From the NCBI RefSeq assembly GCF_000315625.1, contig NW_005434457.1, positions 3,835 through 67,834 on the forward strand: DNA of 64,000 bases. Direction: 5' to 3'. Source of the DNA: Guillardia theta CCMP2712. Its lineage: Eukaryota > Protista > Cryptophyta. The notes under the pieces were generated by a model, which was not told where the DNA came from, searched no databases, and saw nothing but the letters and a program-made list of their open reading frames with translations. The position numbers and the translations under genes are program-made. This document shows positions 1-12,223 of this stretch, piece after piece; position 1 is the first letter of the stretch; the number at the start of each line of letters is the position of its first letter.

Positions 1-2
1 AG

Positions 3-365
3 AGGATCGGCAAGTTTCGCAGGATCCAGTTCGAATGTTGGGCTAGACCGTCACTTCTTGAATGGAAGAAGTTCGTGAAAGCGAGTCAAACTTGCCGCCG
101 ATCGACGCTGCATGTGACAACCCAGGAACTCCTGCGACTGCTGACGGAGATCAACGAAGTTGACACTTGCGTTGTCCGACTGTCGTTGGATGTGAGAAAG
201 CAGCATGGATACATTGAGTGCCTGGAAAGGAGTCTAGAAGAGGCTCAGAACCAGCTCTCAGCCTCTGAGGATCTTCAGTACAAGGCAGGAGAAAAGATCC
301 GGGAGTTGGAAGGTGAACTGCTGCGAGAAAGTCTCAAGCAAGGCTCGTTGCACCTCCACCAATAG
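3..365 (+). CDS. 3' end of a coiled-coil protein gene (5' part outside window)
   Basis: Open frame from the window edge, ...LLRLLTEINEVDTCVVRLSLDVRKQHGYIECLERSLEEAQNQLSASEDLQYKAGEKIRELEGELLRE..., ending TAG 363-365; heptad/charged composition. Confidence 0.55.
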   Translation, partial: RIGKFRRIQFECWARPSLLEWKKFVKASQTCRRSTLHVTTQELLRLLTEINEVDTCVVRLSLDVRKQHGYIECLERSLEEAQNQLSASEDLQYKAGEKIRELEGELLRESLKQGSLHLHQ

Positions 366-433
366 CGCTGAGTGAAGCGGTGGGGGAGGAAGTGAGAAGA
401 AAAAGGAAGGACCGAGCTTGCAAACGATATCTT

Positions 434-2949
434 TCACTTGCTGTGCTTATGAACAATATCCGACGATGGGAACGTCCATGATGACTTGTGAAGTTTGTGG
501 TTGATGTAGTATATCCTGACAGATTCACGACCGTCAGCCTACTAGAACATTACACTGCACTTCGCATCTCACCTCCCGTTCCTGTCTTCTTCTCGCTTCC
601 ATCCCGCTGGCAGTTTGCGTAGTTTTCTTCTCACAGTGTCAGGAGCCCACCAGGAGGGAGAGAGGGAGTAGCAACCTGGAGCTCTTCATGTATTTCTCAA
701 TCTGCTCCTTGACGGTCCTGATAGGGTGGAGCACAAGATTCTGGACGCGCGTCAGTTTTAAGAGCTGGAGGGAGCAAGGCAGCTGCAAGGACCTTATCTT
801 CCTTCGAGAAAGTCCACCGCCCCTTCGACGCTTCCTTCATCTTCTGCAACAGCCGCTGGGAGGTGATATAAGTATCGCCGCCTCCAGCAAACTTCCTTCA
901 AGGACCTTGTTCGCCTGCTCCATCAGCTTCAGCTTCTGCCCCTCTTGCTTCAGCTCCTTCGCCACGTGACTCTGGACACAGCTGCTCAGTCCCTGGGCCC
1001 GACTCCAGGAAAGGGAGGATCACCTCCAGAAACGCATCGACGTCTTTCTTGACAAGAGTTTGCAACATCTTGGGGTTGTCCCCTTTGTGCACAACCTCTC
1101 TCACTGTAATCTGCAGCCATCGCCATCATTTTCCATCCTCTCCTCGCCCTCCCTTCACTCACCACTTTCCCCTTGTGGCCTGGAGGCCCCGGAGGCCCCG
1201 GAGGTCCTGCCAGTACGTCACATGCCCACGACGGAAAAGTTGTCAAAAACCTTCTGCTCCGTTAGTTCCCGCCGGGCCCGCCGGGCCCTGTTGAGCATCT
1301 TCAGAGGAAACGGGCCAGCAAAACATGGATCTCGCAGGGAAGTGGCCGGTGAAGAGGACGGAGCGGCGATGGAGAAGACAGGGCAGTGAGAGTTCAAGTT
1401 CAAGTGGCAGCTGCATAAAGAGGTGGACTAAAAGGGACGGGAATGGCAACGAAAGTACGAGATGCTTGAGGAGATAACGAATGAAAAATCATCGACCTGC
1501 TTTCCGGGCAATCCTGGCGTACCCCGATCAGGCCATGGCCCATTCCGCCACTTGTAGCCTAACTCCCTCAGCTGTACCCTCCTACAATCCAAGTCAAAAT
1601 TGAATGAAGAAGAGAAGGCCATTAGTTCAACTCACATGTCCTCGACCTGCCCATTGAGCCGCCTGAATTTTTCGTGTTCATCCCACAACTGCGATGGCAG
1701 TGAATGATGACGAGTTCACTGTAAGACACGGTACTTTGTCTTTCATCCGTTGAATCCGCTTCTTCTGCTCTTCTTTCAATGATCTGTGACACCTCTCAGA
1801 CTGGATCAACTCTCTGGTCAGCTCGAGTACTCGAAATCAGACTCGAGGCGCTGGAGGTCTTGTGAGTTTGTTGCAGATTGAAGAGCCTGAAGCAATACAG
1901 GTGAGAAGGCAGGAAGCTTCAAACGCAAATCCAAGAACCTGAGATAGTTGCTTGTAGTTTCCGCTTCTACATGCCTTATCAGCCAAACAATCCTAGATCA
2001 AACATTCAGACTCACGGAGCGATCCATTCCCCGCTGGGCTGCTGGAGGACAGCTGCAATCTGATCGTTGCCAAATGCCAGCTGAGGTTGAGTTCCCTTGT
2101 TTGAAACTTCACCCTCTTGACGCGCATGTCAGACACCATGATTCAACCGCTGAGCACCAGACCTGCTTTCATGTAGGGCCCGAGATCCTTGGGGATATAC
2201 GGATAATATATCACCTGCTCACTTCTGTCAGGGAGCGCACTGCAACGGGCATACTAGCAGACCTTTCCCTCCGGTGTGTCCACTTCATGAACTCCTACTG
2301 GCTCGTTGTTCCTCCTCTTCGGCGCTTGCTTGACCTTCTTAGGGCTTGTCACTGCTGGACGACTGCTCGGACTCTGCACATTGAGCGAGTTCATCTGCAA
2401 CACTGAGGAGGAGGGTGAACGAAACTACCTCCAGGTTCAGGGTCGTTCCCTTGTCGTGCTTCAGCGAGCCATCAAACTGAATCTTGAGAGAGGAGATCAA
2501 CGGATTGTCTTATAATCTGGGCCATCAAGTACCTGGAAGTACCCTGGTGGCTCTACCTCCCTGGCAACAGGTGGAAGCGCCTCCCCGAGGGTGTCAGAGG
2601 ACCGGATCTGCACGTTTGTTCAGCAATCGTCCAGCTCAGAGGCTGCTTCTGATGTACTGGATTCCGGTGGACAGTCTCCGACTGATAAGACTCCGGAACC
2701 TGCGAGAGCGTGAGTGAAAGGCATGAGTAAGAAGAGTATCGCTACCCCAAAGAGTAATTTCTGTTGGGATTCTTCGACAGCGTGATTGGATGCTGCTGTA
2801 ATGCAAATGTAAGGCTGGACTTCAAGAAGCGGCAAGCATGTAAAGTGAGAATAACCTGGTGAGGATATTCGCTGTAGAACAAGTATGCAAACAAGAAGAG
2901 CCAATGTGATCAAAAAGCCGCGCTGTAGTTTTGTTCGGGTAGCAAGCAT
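434..2949 (-). CDS. Multi-exon protein: N-terminal TM anchor, coiled coil, short collagen-like Gly-X-Y run, C-terminal WW domain
   Basis: Exon 1 MLATRTKLQRGFLITLALLVCILVLQ. Spliced exons give GTPGLPGKQ|GPAGPAGTNGAEG|PPGPPGPPGHKGKV. Last two exons give LPAGWKREEDRNGR|IYYINHKLHKSSWTFP (WW consensus), stop at 434-436. Middle exons are uncertain and this could be two genes. Confidence 0.6.
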
Positions 2950-3498
2950 CGTAGATCAGTCCAACTTCAATCTTCGTGTAACCTCATTGCTTCTCTCCAA
3001 GCTGCCCAGGAAACATTCAAAACAACGATTCAGTAATTCGAACGCTGACAATAACGACTGAGAACAAAAGCATTGGAAAAACAAAAGCGCTTCCAGTTCA
3101 GGGTTCCAAAAACACATCAAATTTTATGCTCCAAAGATTGCGTCTACAGATCGATGTATCTCGTCTGCGTCTGTTTTACATGCTCAACTCTACATCTCGG
3201 TGCTTATTTTCGTTCATATCTTACACCACAGATGGCTTTAATAGTGCAAATCAACCACCCTCCTCCCCCTTCCCCAAGGCGTCAAATCGTGCTCCTGAAT
3301 CCCACCACGTCTTCACCGAATTTTCGCGCCTTCTTCCCACATGCCCCACACCTTCCCATGGGCATTCCATCAAAATTATCCCCTCCTTCCCGCTCCTCCC
3401 TCTCTATCCCATCTCCCCTGTACCTCTTGCCCCCGTCCCAGTGCTCGCTCTCTCAGCGCTTGCTCCCCCTCCCTCCCTCCCTCTCTCCCTCCCTCCCT

Positions 3499-3598
3499 NN
3501 NNNNNNNNNNNNNNNNNNNNNNNNNNNNNNNNNNNNNNNNNNNNNNNNNNNNNNNNNNNNNNNNNNNNNNNNNNNNNNNNNNNNNNNNNNNNNNNNNN
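3499..3598. other. Assembly gap (100 N)
   Basis: Run of N. Confidence 1.
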
Positions 3599-5078
3599 AG
3601 AGAATCATAATCGTACCCCCCGAAGAACCAAAATCTTCACCCACTTTTCATTATATCACTGTAAAATGAAATTGGTACTCTTTTGTATAGATAAAAACAA
3701 TTTTCTTCGTATAAACTATTACTCAAAATTTATGTATATTCGTACGGAAAAGTGTCGAAAAAGAGGATTTTCGTAGTGGCTGTTACACAAATACCTCGAT
3801 CCCAGTCATGTGGGTACCACTACCTCTATGCGATGGTATTTTAATAGATAAGCAAATTTATGTACCATCTCTTTCGAATATTAAGTACGAAATAATTTAC
3901 TCACTATTAACATATCTGGGTTCTTAGTGGGCTCTGTCAAATGAGTGCTTCACTTATGGAAGTACCCCTTTTCTCCTATACAAAAGGGGAGTACATAATA
4001 TACAATTGAGGGGTGGGTGGGAAAGGTATGAGGAAGATGTACCCTCGGCGGAAATTCATGGACGAGGAGGAGGGGCGGACAGGTGGCGGGATGGTGGGAG
4101 GACTGGATGTTGAAAGCAGAAGAAGGTGGTGAAGAGGAGAGAGAAGAAGAGAGCAGATTGAAACATGGGCACAATCTTAGAAGCATGCCAAGATCGTGAG
4201 CAAGGCGATCGCACTACACCCCTTCCCTCTGCTCCCGAACTCCTATTGCTGACCGGGATATTGTACAGGAGACACGCAGTACCAGCCTTGCAGCTTCAGC
4301 TGTAGAACTTGATGATTCTGAGAAGAAGATTGTCTCCTGCTGTAGCCTGAAATAGCTGGAGAGAGATCTGCATCTGTTATGTATGCGATTGGCGCAGATC
4401 CTCTGCGATCAACCTTGAGAGCATTGGCCAGTATTGATGTAGCTCCTCCTCAACAGTTTTTCATAGCGGTTAGGAAGAAGTATGCTTGAGAGAGGGATTA
4501 AGGAAGTTGAGACGTTTCATTGGTTGATGAGGTAAAGCGGGTCTGGGAGTTTGAGTGAAGGTGGGTACGTATTCGAGAGAGCACCGTTGTCGTGGTCTGC
4601 TGTGAGCTTGGAAAGTGGAATGCTAAGAAGAATCCTCGCTTTGACAGAACGCTAGATTGTCAAGGAACTGGATGATCTATTGAAATGAGTCGATGAAGGA
4701 AGTGTTTGGAAACTGGCTCTTTGTAGCCACGAGTTACGATCTTTCCCTGCTGAGATTGCATGAGATTGCGATGTTGGATATTTCACTGTTCATTATGTTG
4801 AGTAACTTTCATGCCTTTGTAACATGGACGTGCTTGATAGATTGAAACCTTCCGTATTCTGATCGCTTTCAGCAGGCTTGGCTGGCGCTGTGACAAAAGT
4901 CTGCAAGATTGACAGGATTATGATACCGCTGGCTCGTCGATTGCGAGAATCTGCTGTGTAATTTCTTGGCGATAGGGAATTTCAACATTGGAAGAAAGCT
5001 GCCAATACCAGTTGCCTCTCGCACAGACTAGATTGCGCAACTAAACAATTAGATTGCTACAAACTTGATCAGGACACG

Positions 5079-8000
5079 ATGGAGTGGTACTGCCATTCTT
5101 ATGTGTGTGTGTCCGCTAGAATTGAATTCTATTCTCTTCAGGTACGAGGCGATCCAGGATGCCGCCGAGGTACCAATGGGGACTCAAGATATGGAGCTTC
5201 TGCAAGGAATTGTTCCTGATACTGGAATCGACATTTTTGGTGACAGCCGTTTTGGATCAAATCAAATGCAGGGACCAATGTCACTTCAAGGACGATCGCA
5301 GAATTTCTCAAACCAAGGGAACTATGATTTGCCGCTTTATGGGGCTGGAGACCAAATGTCCAACCAGATTTCCACGTTGGGGGAATGGTTTCAGGAGGAT
5401 CATCTTCCTTTGGTCAACCAGGTCAATTAATGACGGGTCAGAATAACTTCGTGCCAAATTCAATGCTTGGAATGCCAGATGGATCAGGTTTTCAGAATAA
5501 TCAGTCACTACAGCAAAACGCATCAAGACTGTAAGGATTCATTTTCAAAGTTTGTTCCACTAAGCTATATGCAGAATGCCGCAAGCTGGTATGCAAGGTT
5601 TGACGACCGGCAACATTCAAGCGGGAATGCAGCCAAACATCCAGGTAGTGAGAGTGTGTCGTTCACCTGCATCGTCAAAGTTAGAACTTTGCACAGACTG
5701 GGCTGCACACTGGAATGCAAACTGGCTTTATGGGCGGTATCGGATCAGGGGTGGTTGCAAACAGAGCTCCTATGCAAATGCCACAGGGAGCAGTCAATCA
5801 AGGCGGTGAGACTTAATCACGTCGCCATGACGTGCATTAATTACTGATGTCTTGTGTTGTCACTCCAGGCATGAACGCTGGATTCGTGTCACAATCTCAA
5901 GCCACAAAGCGTGAAGCTCCTGATAACATTCCTGGTTCCTCAGAAGCATTGGATCTCCGAAATTTCTCATGCTTTCCAATTTCAGATGAGAAACCTGCTA
6001 AGAAAGCTCCCAAACGGTCACTCGCTGCAACTATAGAACGAATGGAAAACATAAGATTCTTGAAAGAAAGAGGTACAAAGCGATTCGTTTTCATCTCGTG
6101 TTTCTGATCTCTGATTTTGAAGGCGTGAGAAGACCAAGGAACTGATGTCTGAATTGCAAACTCTGATTCCTTCGGTCGAATCTGTGCAGGTTTCACACAA
6201 ATTTGTGTTTCAGCATGTCGTTAATGGAAAATGTAGGAGAGTCTGACCATGAATACTGTGCTTGAAGAAGCTATTGAACATCTGAAAGAACAACAGAAAA
6301 ATTCAACACAATTAATGGTATGTCTTGCTGTGTCAAGCCATGTCTTCTAATGCAGCGAAGTTGAGGCCGAAAGATGGAGATTCATCTGGTCCGGGAGCTG
6401 GCGGTACTTTCAAAGAAGTAGAGATATCCGCTTGATAACATGGAAATTGCAGGACTTGCGAAGGCTTTCGGTCCATCAGGATCTGGGACCAGAGACGGCT
6501 TCAATCTCATCCAAGGAAGCTCCGACGATTCCATGGGAGGCTTGGAAGCTGCAGTCGTTCCTTCGCAAAACCCAGCTGCTCAAACTCCAGCAGCCCTTGC
6601 AATGGGTATCCATACCCCTCCATTTCTCAATCTGAGTCCTGCTGACCTTGAAACAGAGAAGAAAAGTTCTTCTACGGCAGAACAACTGCAATTGGTTGGG
6701 GCTGTTTTCATTCAAGTGTATGTGGAGTTCTAACGATTCCCTTCAGGGCAGGATGCCAGATCAAGAATTCAAATATTTCCGTCTAGTACTTATGCAGGAG
6801 GCAATACCTTCTCAAATCCAGTTTTGACTATGCTAACCATCCGTTGTGTAAACTATAGACTCTATATGCACGGATGTTGGAAGGATGGGAACAGAAAATG
6901 GGAGTTGATCTTGTGCAAGACTCGCTCAGTCTCTTGTGTCTCGCCAGACAGGTTGCATACATGGAAAGTTCGTTTGTATTTTCTGACATCAATGTTCAAG
7001 GGTCTGTCACAGCAAGAGCTCGAAGATTTGTTGCAGGTCAGCGAACCTTTTCGCCTTGCATTGCATCAAGCATGACCACACAAGCAGATCAAAGAGAGGG
7101 GGCTTGAGACACAATGGATTGATTTAGCCGATGCTTTAAATGCGGATCTTGCTGTTAGAAGCCAGGTGATTTTGCAGATAAGATTCAGTTACATGCGATA
7201 TCTAAATGAGCATGCAGGGACTTCTGGGCTTTGTGTATAGCGCGTTCAGGCTTGCTGTAGAGCGCAGATATCTCCGAAATCCTGAGGTTTTCTTTGGGAT
7301 TGCTCTAGATAGCTGCTTACTTTTTTGAAACCACAGGATAGAAGGAAGATTCAGCTCAGATTGGCCGAATACTTCGAGAAAAAGCACGGATCAGATGCAC
7401 AGAGAGCTGCGAACGAGCTGCCATATGGTGATTGAGTAGGATGGATGCAAAGGGTTGAAAACTGATAGAATTATAGCTTTGGAGAGTGTTGGAGAGTGGT
7501 CAAGACTGCGAGAATGCTTATCAAGCTCTTTGGACCTCCTTTATCAGCTATACAACGACAAGGATAAGGTATAATTGTTCATGTGCAGGAAGATTATGCT
7601 CAACGCGGATACTTTCAGGGCGATCTTTTGCGATTCTGGCGAAAAGGTGGTGATGTTGAAACTAGTGGATATGAAGCAGCGTCACAGGTATGCCTTACTG
7701 ATTGATATCTTATTCTCCTTTGATGGTCGTTTTAGCTTTATGCACAACGTCTCAAGCGTTTTGAAGAAGAAGGAATGGCACCTCAGATCCTATGGCAAAG
7801 GTGAGCTCATACTTTCTCTTACCAGGAGGAACCTGCAGGGTGATTGAACTGTGCTATATAGCTGCCTCATCACTGCTCGCTTCCTTGGGGATGCCGGACA
7901 ATTCAAAGAGGCAGAAAACATCCTTGGAAAGGTTGATTTGTTGCGCCATGAAGACCTCCCTTCTAACAGCAAGCAGGCTAGAGATCTTTCAAAGGAGCTC

Positions 8001-9105
8001 GGTGGAGGCGACAAGTTCGTGGCTGAAGTGTCTCTACGGTGTGCAGAGCTTCTCAACAAGTGGGCTGCTTCTAGCCCAGAATACAGGTGCTTGCTGTCCA
8101 GCCCATTCATGAAATATCTCACGAGATGCTTCTCCATGAACTGGCAGTCCGGAGATGATGGTGAGGAGTGCTTTCTACGCAAAGGAAGCGGCAGATTTGT
8201 TCGCTTACATGACGGACGACGCTTCAAAGGTGCTTGTTCATTACTGTTGTTCTTTAGAGGCTCTGATTCTTGCTCTAGGAGGACTATGGGACCTCTCTCT
8301 ATTGGATGGGTTTGAATTTTGGGACTCTTTGCCGAATAGGCGGTATTGGCATTTATCAGTGATCGATTGGTCTGTGATCTATTTTCAACAGGAGGTGGAA
8401 GTTGGTCTGCACAAAGAGCACACGAGATAGCCGAGCAGGCTCTAGGAAAATGTTTTGCCGTTCGTCAGGAGATGGGTGCTTCTCAGGTTGAAACGATTTG
8501 CCGTCAGTGTATAGAGAATAGGCTTATAGTCTGCCTTACAGGGTAAGATCACGGAAGTTCTGTTCGGGCAGGGAGTCCTTGCTTTCTGCAAAGCGGAGGC
8601 TATGGCAAGCGGGCACATCAGCCCTTCCTCGCCGGAGAAAGCCGAGGTAAGACCTCGGCAGTTGGTGGACACCTTGGTAGAGCTCACATTTTCGCTTCAG
8701 GAGGAGACAAAGGAACTACAGGAGGAGGCACTGCAGATTTTCAATCAGTGCTACTCTCAATTTTCGGAGATATTTGCAGAGAACCATCTGGAGGCTATCA
8801 AGTGTATCACCATGATCGGTCTGGTGTGTCGAAGGCTAGAGAGAATTACGGACGCTCTTGAGTGGTGCCGCAAGGAGGTCAAAGTCAGAGAAGAGGTTGG
8901 GGCTTTTTGATCTTTTGTTGCAACCGATGAGCTCTGCTTCAGGTGCAAGGGGAGCTTCATCCTCGAACTCAACAAGCGCTTCGAGTGTACACAGAGCTGG
9001 TCTGCAGGCGTGGATGTTGCCTTGCATGTTTGACAAGCATGATAGGTCGAGAAGTGCCGCAACGGGGCAGGGAGCAACGGAACTTCAGGAAAAAGTGAGG
9101 TTTGA
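5079..9105 (+). CDS. bHLH transcription factor fused to a helical domain and kinesin-light-chain/NPHP3-type TPR repeats (multi-exon; apparent 1-nt frameshift at ~6046)
   Basis: Q/M/G-rich N-terminal exons; bHLH HKILERKR|REKTKELMSELQTLIPSVESVQ|ESLTMNTVLEEAIEHLKEQQ (6050-6300). Later exons: RAANELPY|ALESVGEWSRLRECLS...DLLRFWRK, and TPR-like EALQIFNQCYSQFSEIFAENHLEAIKCITMIG...WCRKEVKVREE|VQGELHPRT; stop 9103-9105. Start is tentative. Confidence 0.75.
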
Positions 9106-9750
9106 GATGCGCCTGCTCGCCCAGGCGATGTACATGGGAACTTTGCAACATCCGTACCTTGTGTTGACTACGAAAGCATTTTTTGTTGAAGTAATAATGG
9201 TAATAACGCGTGCGTGCATGCAAGGTTGGAGGTTCGTTGTGGAACATCTTGTCTTGTAAACTTGTACTTGGTGAATGAACCAAAGGCAAAACAAATTGCG
9301 AAAAGAATCCTGTGATGTCAATCAGAATAGCACTTACCAAGCCCTGACGACGTGAGCACGTCAAATGAACGTACCATGTGCTAGTGTAGAAAGGCAGGGT
9401 CCGCGTGCAGGGATAGAACATTCACACTGTGGTCATGCTCAAATATTCTTCCCTAGCCCCAAACATACATGCCATTTCAACTTCCTCTGCCAGCTGATTT
9501 GCCGTTGAATCTTCTGAAGCTCCAGCCTTGAATTTTGCAATATTCGTCACCTTTCACGATTCCCTCCTCCGTTTCTCGATCCGCGTCATCACGTCACGTC
9601 GTTTGATCGTCTAGTATTTCCGGATTATGTCTTTACATCGTTTTCTCTCCTCTTCCCCCTTTCCCCATCTTCCCCACTCTCGCTCTTGCCCTCTTGCTCT
9701 CTGCTTCGCCTCGCGCTCTTTCCACCATTCTGATGAAACTGAAACTAGTG

Positions 9751-9760
9751 CTATATAACC
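9751..9760 (+). promoter_or_regulatory. TATA-like element ~30 bp upstream of the tRNA
   Basis: CTATATAACC at about -30 relative to the tRNA 5' end, typical of plant/algal Pol III genes. Confidence 0.5.
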
Positions 9761-9784
9761 AGTCAAAGATGACTGAAAGGTTAT

Positions 9785-9856
9785 GGATCTATGGTCTAGT
9801 GGTTATGACTCTGGACTTTGAATCCAGCAACCGGGGTTCGAATCCCCGTAGATCCT
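9785..9856 (+). tRNA. trnQ-UUG: tRNA-Gln (anticodon TTG)
   Basis: GGATCTA/TAGATCC acceptor stem, D-arm TGGTCTAGTGG (A box), anticodon arm CTGGA-CTTTGAA-TCCAG, T-arm CGGGG-TTCGAAT-CCCCG; 72 nt, no intron. Confidence 0.97.
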
Positions 9857-9860
9857 TTTT
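9856..9860 (+). terminator. Pol III oligo-T terminator
   Basis: TTTTT immediately after the acceptor stem. Confidence 0.75.
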
Positions 9861-10616
9861 GCCTTCAACGGCCGCGGAGATTGCCGCGTGCCGCAGTCCT
9901 CGACTCAGTCTCCCGGAGTCCTGATTGTCCTCGTACTGATTTCCAACTTTAACTTCAGTGAGTAAAGCAGTGCACTGAGTGCCAGCCTGAGGCTCTCGGA
10001 GGCTCCGGCCTGAGGCCCTGCAGGCCTGGTCAGAGCCGGGCGGCGAACTTTTCACTACTTGAGCGCTGATGGTCTTGTGACGTGGCGAGTCAAGCGGCAG
10101 AGGCCTTGCGGCACATAAAATACCCGGCACTGTCACTGACTGGCCGCCCGGCGGCTCACAGCGATCATCGGACAGTGACGGGCCCATCGCTGAGTGAGTC
10201 GGATCGGATCACTGCGGCTGATCGGACACTGGCAGGCCACTGAAAGGCACTGAACAGCGGCAAAAGTGGCCGTGTAGGGAACTTCCGTGCCCCCTATCGG
10301 ACCCGGCGTGAGTCACAGTTATCAATGATGCACAATTTGTGACAAGTTATGCCGGGTTGGTGGTGGGCGGCACTGCGGCAGCCTCGGACCGTACCGTCTC
10401 AGACTCCCGTCGCCGCGGCAGCGGCACCGGACCGCACTGACGGTCAGCGCATCGGTTGAAAGGCTTGAAAACTCAGTGAGGGCCACCCGGTGACCGGCCG
10501 CATCATGATAGTACGGTATGGAGGCCCGGCGGCCCGGACCGTCGGGCGGCGCGCGGCCGGTACGGCTGTAGTTGGAACGGGGGGGGGTGGGGGGGGGGGG
10601 GGGGGGCGGGGGGGGG

Positions 10617-10716
10617 NNNNNNNNNNNNNNNNNNNNNNNNNNNNNNNNNNNNNNNNNNNNNNNNNNNNNNNNNNNNNNNNNNNNNNNNNNNNNNNNNNNN
10701 NNNNNNNNNNNNNNNN
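10617..10716. other. Assembly gap (100 N) next to a poly-G run
   Basis: Run of N preceded by a G homopolymer. Confidence 1.
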
Positions 10717-12223
10717 GCAAACTGGCCAAAAGTTTTGCAACAGCCGAGAGACATGTAATCCTGATCTCCAATAGACTCAGCTGCTACAGAAATATCTACA
10801 AGAATTGGATATAAGAGCTCGGAATACTCCACAAGGACTCCTGGATTCAGTTCAACAAAGTTGTTCAGTCTTGAAAGAGCCTTGGAGGCTGGCAGGGGAA
10901 CGCCAGGGGGAACGCAGGTAGGCGTATCCTTGGGGGCGAGAAAGAAATTAAAAATGTTTTTAAAAGGGGGCGAAAATTGGGGGTCGCGCGATCACTTGCA
11001 CTACACCTGGGTAGGGTAGTTTGAATGTCACACTTTCCATCAGCCGGTAGACAAAACAAGGGGGTCATGACGGGGGTATAAGACATAGCTAATGAGGGGT
11101 AGAGGTTGGATCCAATGGGGAAATGGTAGGGTGCAGGAAGAAGCTGAGAAGGAAGGTGGGTGGAGCATCAATGTCTGGGGTAGTGTGCCCATGCCAAGGG
11201 GGTAGGTACAACATATAAGCAAGCATATAAATTTATAAATTACGACTGCTGATTGGAAAGATGTAACATTGCAACCGTTCGTTGATGGAGAGATCTGAAA
11301 AGGTGTGGTATGGGAGGTTTTGAGGCGAAACAGTCGTATCAGTTTGGCCGTCTACCCCACCACCCCACTGTGAAAACCCCATTTCCCTGTTGCCTCCACC
11401 AACACCCCTGTTTTCCCTTCAAGTACCCCTCCATTTCATATTCCAACCATACGACCCCTGGTCATTTTGATCTGACAGGACTTAAAATGTGCCCTAGACC
11501 GGGATGTCGTGAAGTCGCTGCCATGGTGGGGGGTGGGGTGATGTAAGATATTCACTGGGAATGGTAATGGTACTCCTTTTTCGGGGTGGGTGGGGTAGCC
11601 AGGCAAAATACCCCCCTGCCACTACCCTATTGCCCTCTGTGAAAAGGTGGGAAACTAGAGGAGCCTTATGGTGGTCCTACGTGGAAAAAGCAATCTGAGA
11701 GGGGTAGTGTCAAGATTGTGGGTAGGGGTGGGGTAACCTTTTGAGGGTAGGGGTGGGGTGACTGTATCTGGAAGGTGGGGTAGGGTCGGGGTAGGTCGAG
11801 GGGCTGGCGAGTAGTTGTAAGGGAAAGGGGGCGAGCAAGGGGCAACGATGGCAGGAAGTTAGTAGAGGAGCGCTGCCAGGCAGAAACAGTGCGTGCGTGC
11901 AGTGACGAAGAAGAGACGATAGCGAAGGATTGATGAGTTCAGTTAAGGCTATGCGTGTTTCTGCGATGCTAGTTAGAATTGAGCATTGGGCCGTGAAGAA
12001 TGTACAGCTCTGTAGTGGTGCAGGGTCTTTGCAAGCCAAGCCTTTCATCGGTTTTCCACAGCCACACAAGTGTTGCACGAGGGCTTAGACTCTTAGTTTC
12101 TCTGATTGCTTGGCAAGATAGCGTTAGAATTGGTTGGAACGTGTGTGTGGATGTTGCTGATGAAATTCGAAATCGAAGAGTTCATATCAACTGATTTTCC
12201 GTTTGTTTTTCAGACAAGGCAAA

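Noticed and set aside
4165-4700. Possible small multi-exon gene or extra 5' exons of the bHLH gene
   Set aside because: Some exon-like segments (YAIGADPLRSTLRALASIDVAPPQQFFIAVRK), but I could not build a consistent model.
9694-10187. ORFs overlapping the tRNA on both strands
   Set aside because: No coding signature; explained by the tRNA and a GC-rich spacer.
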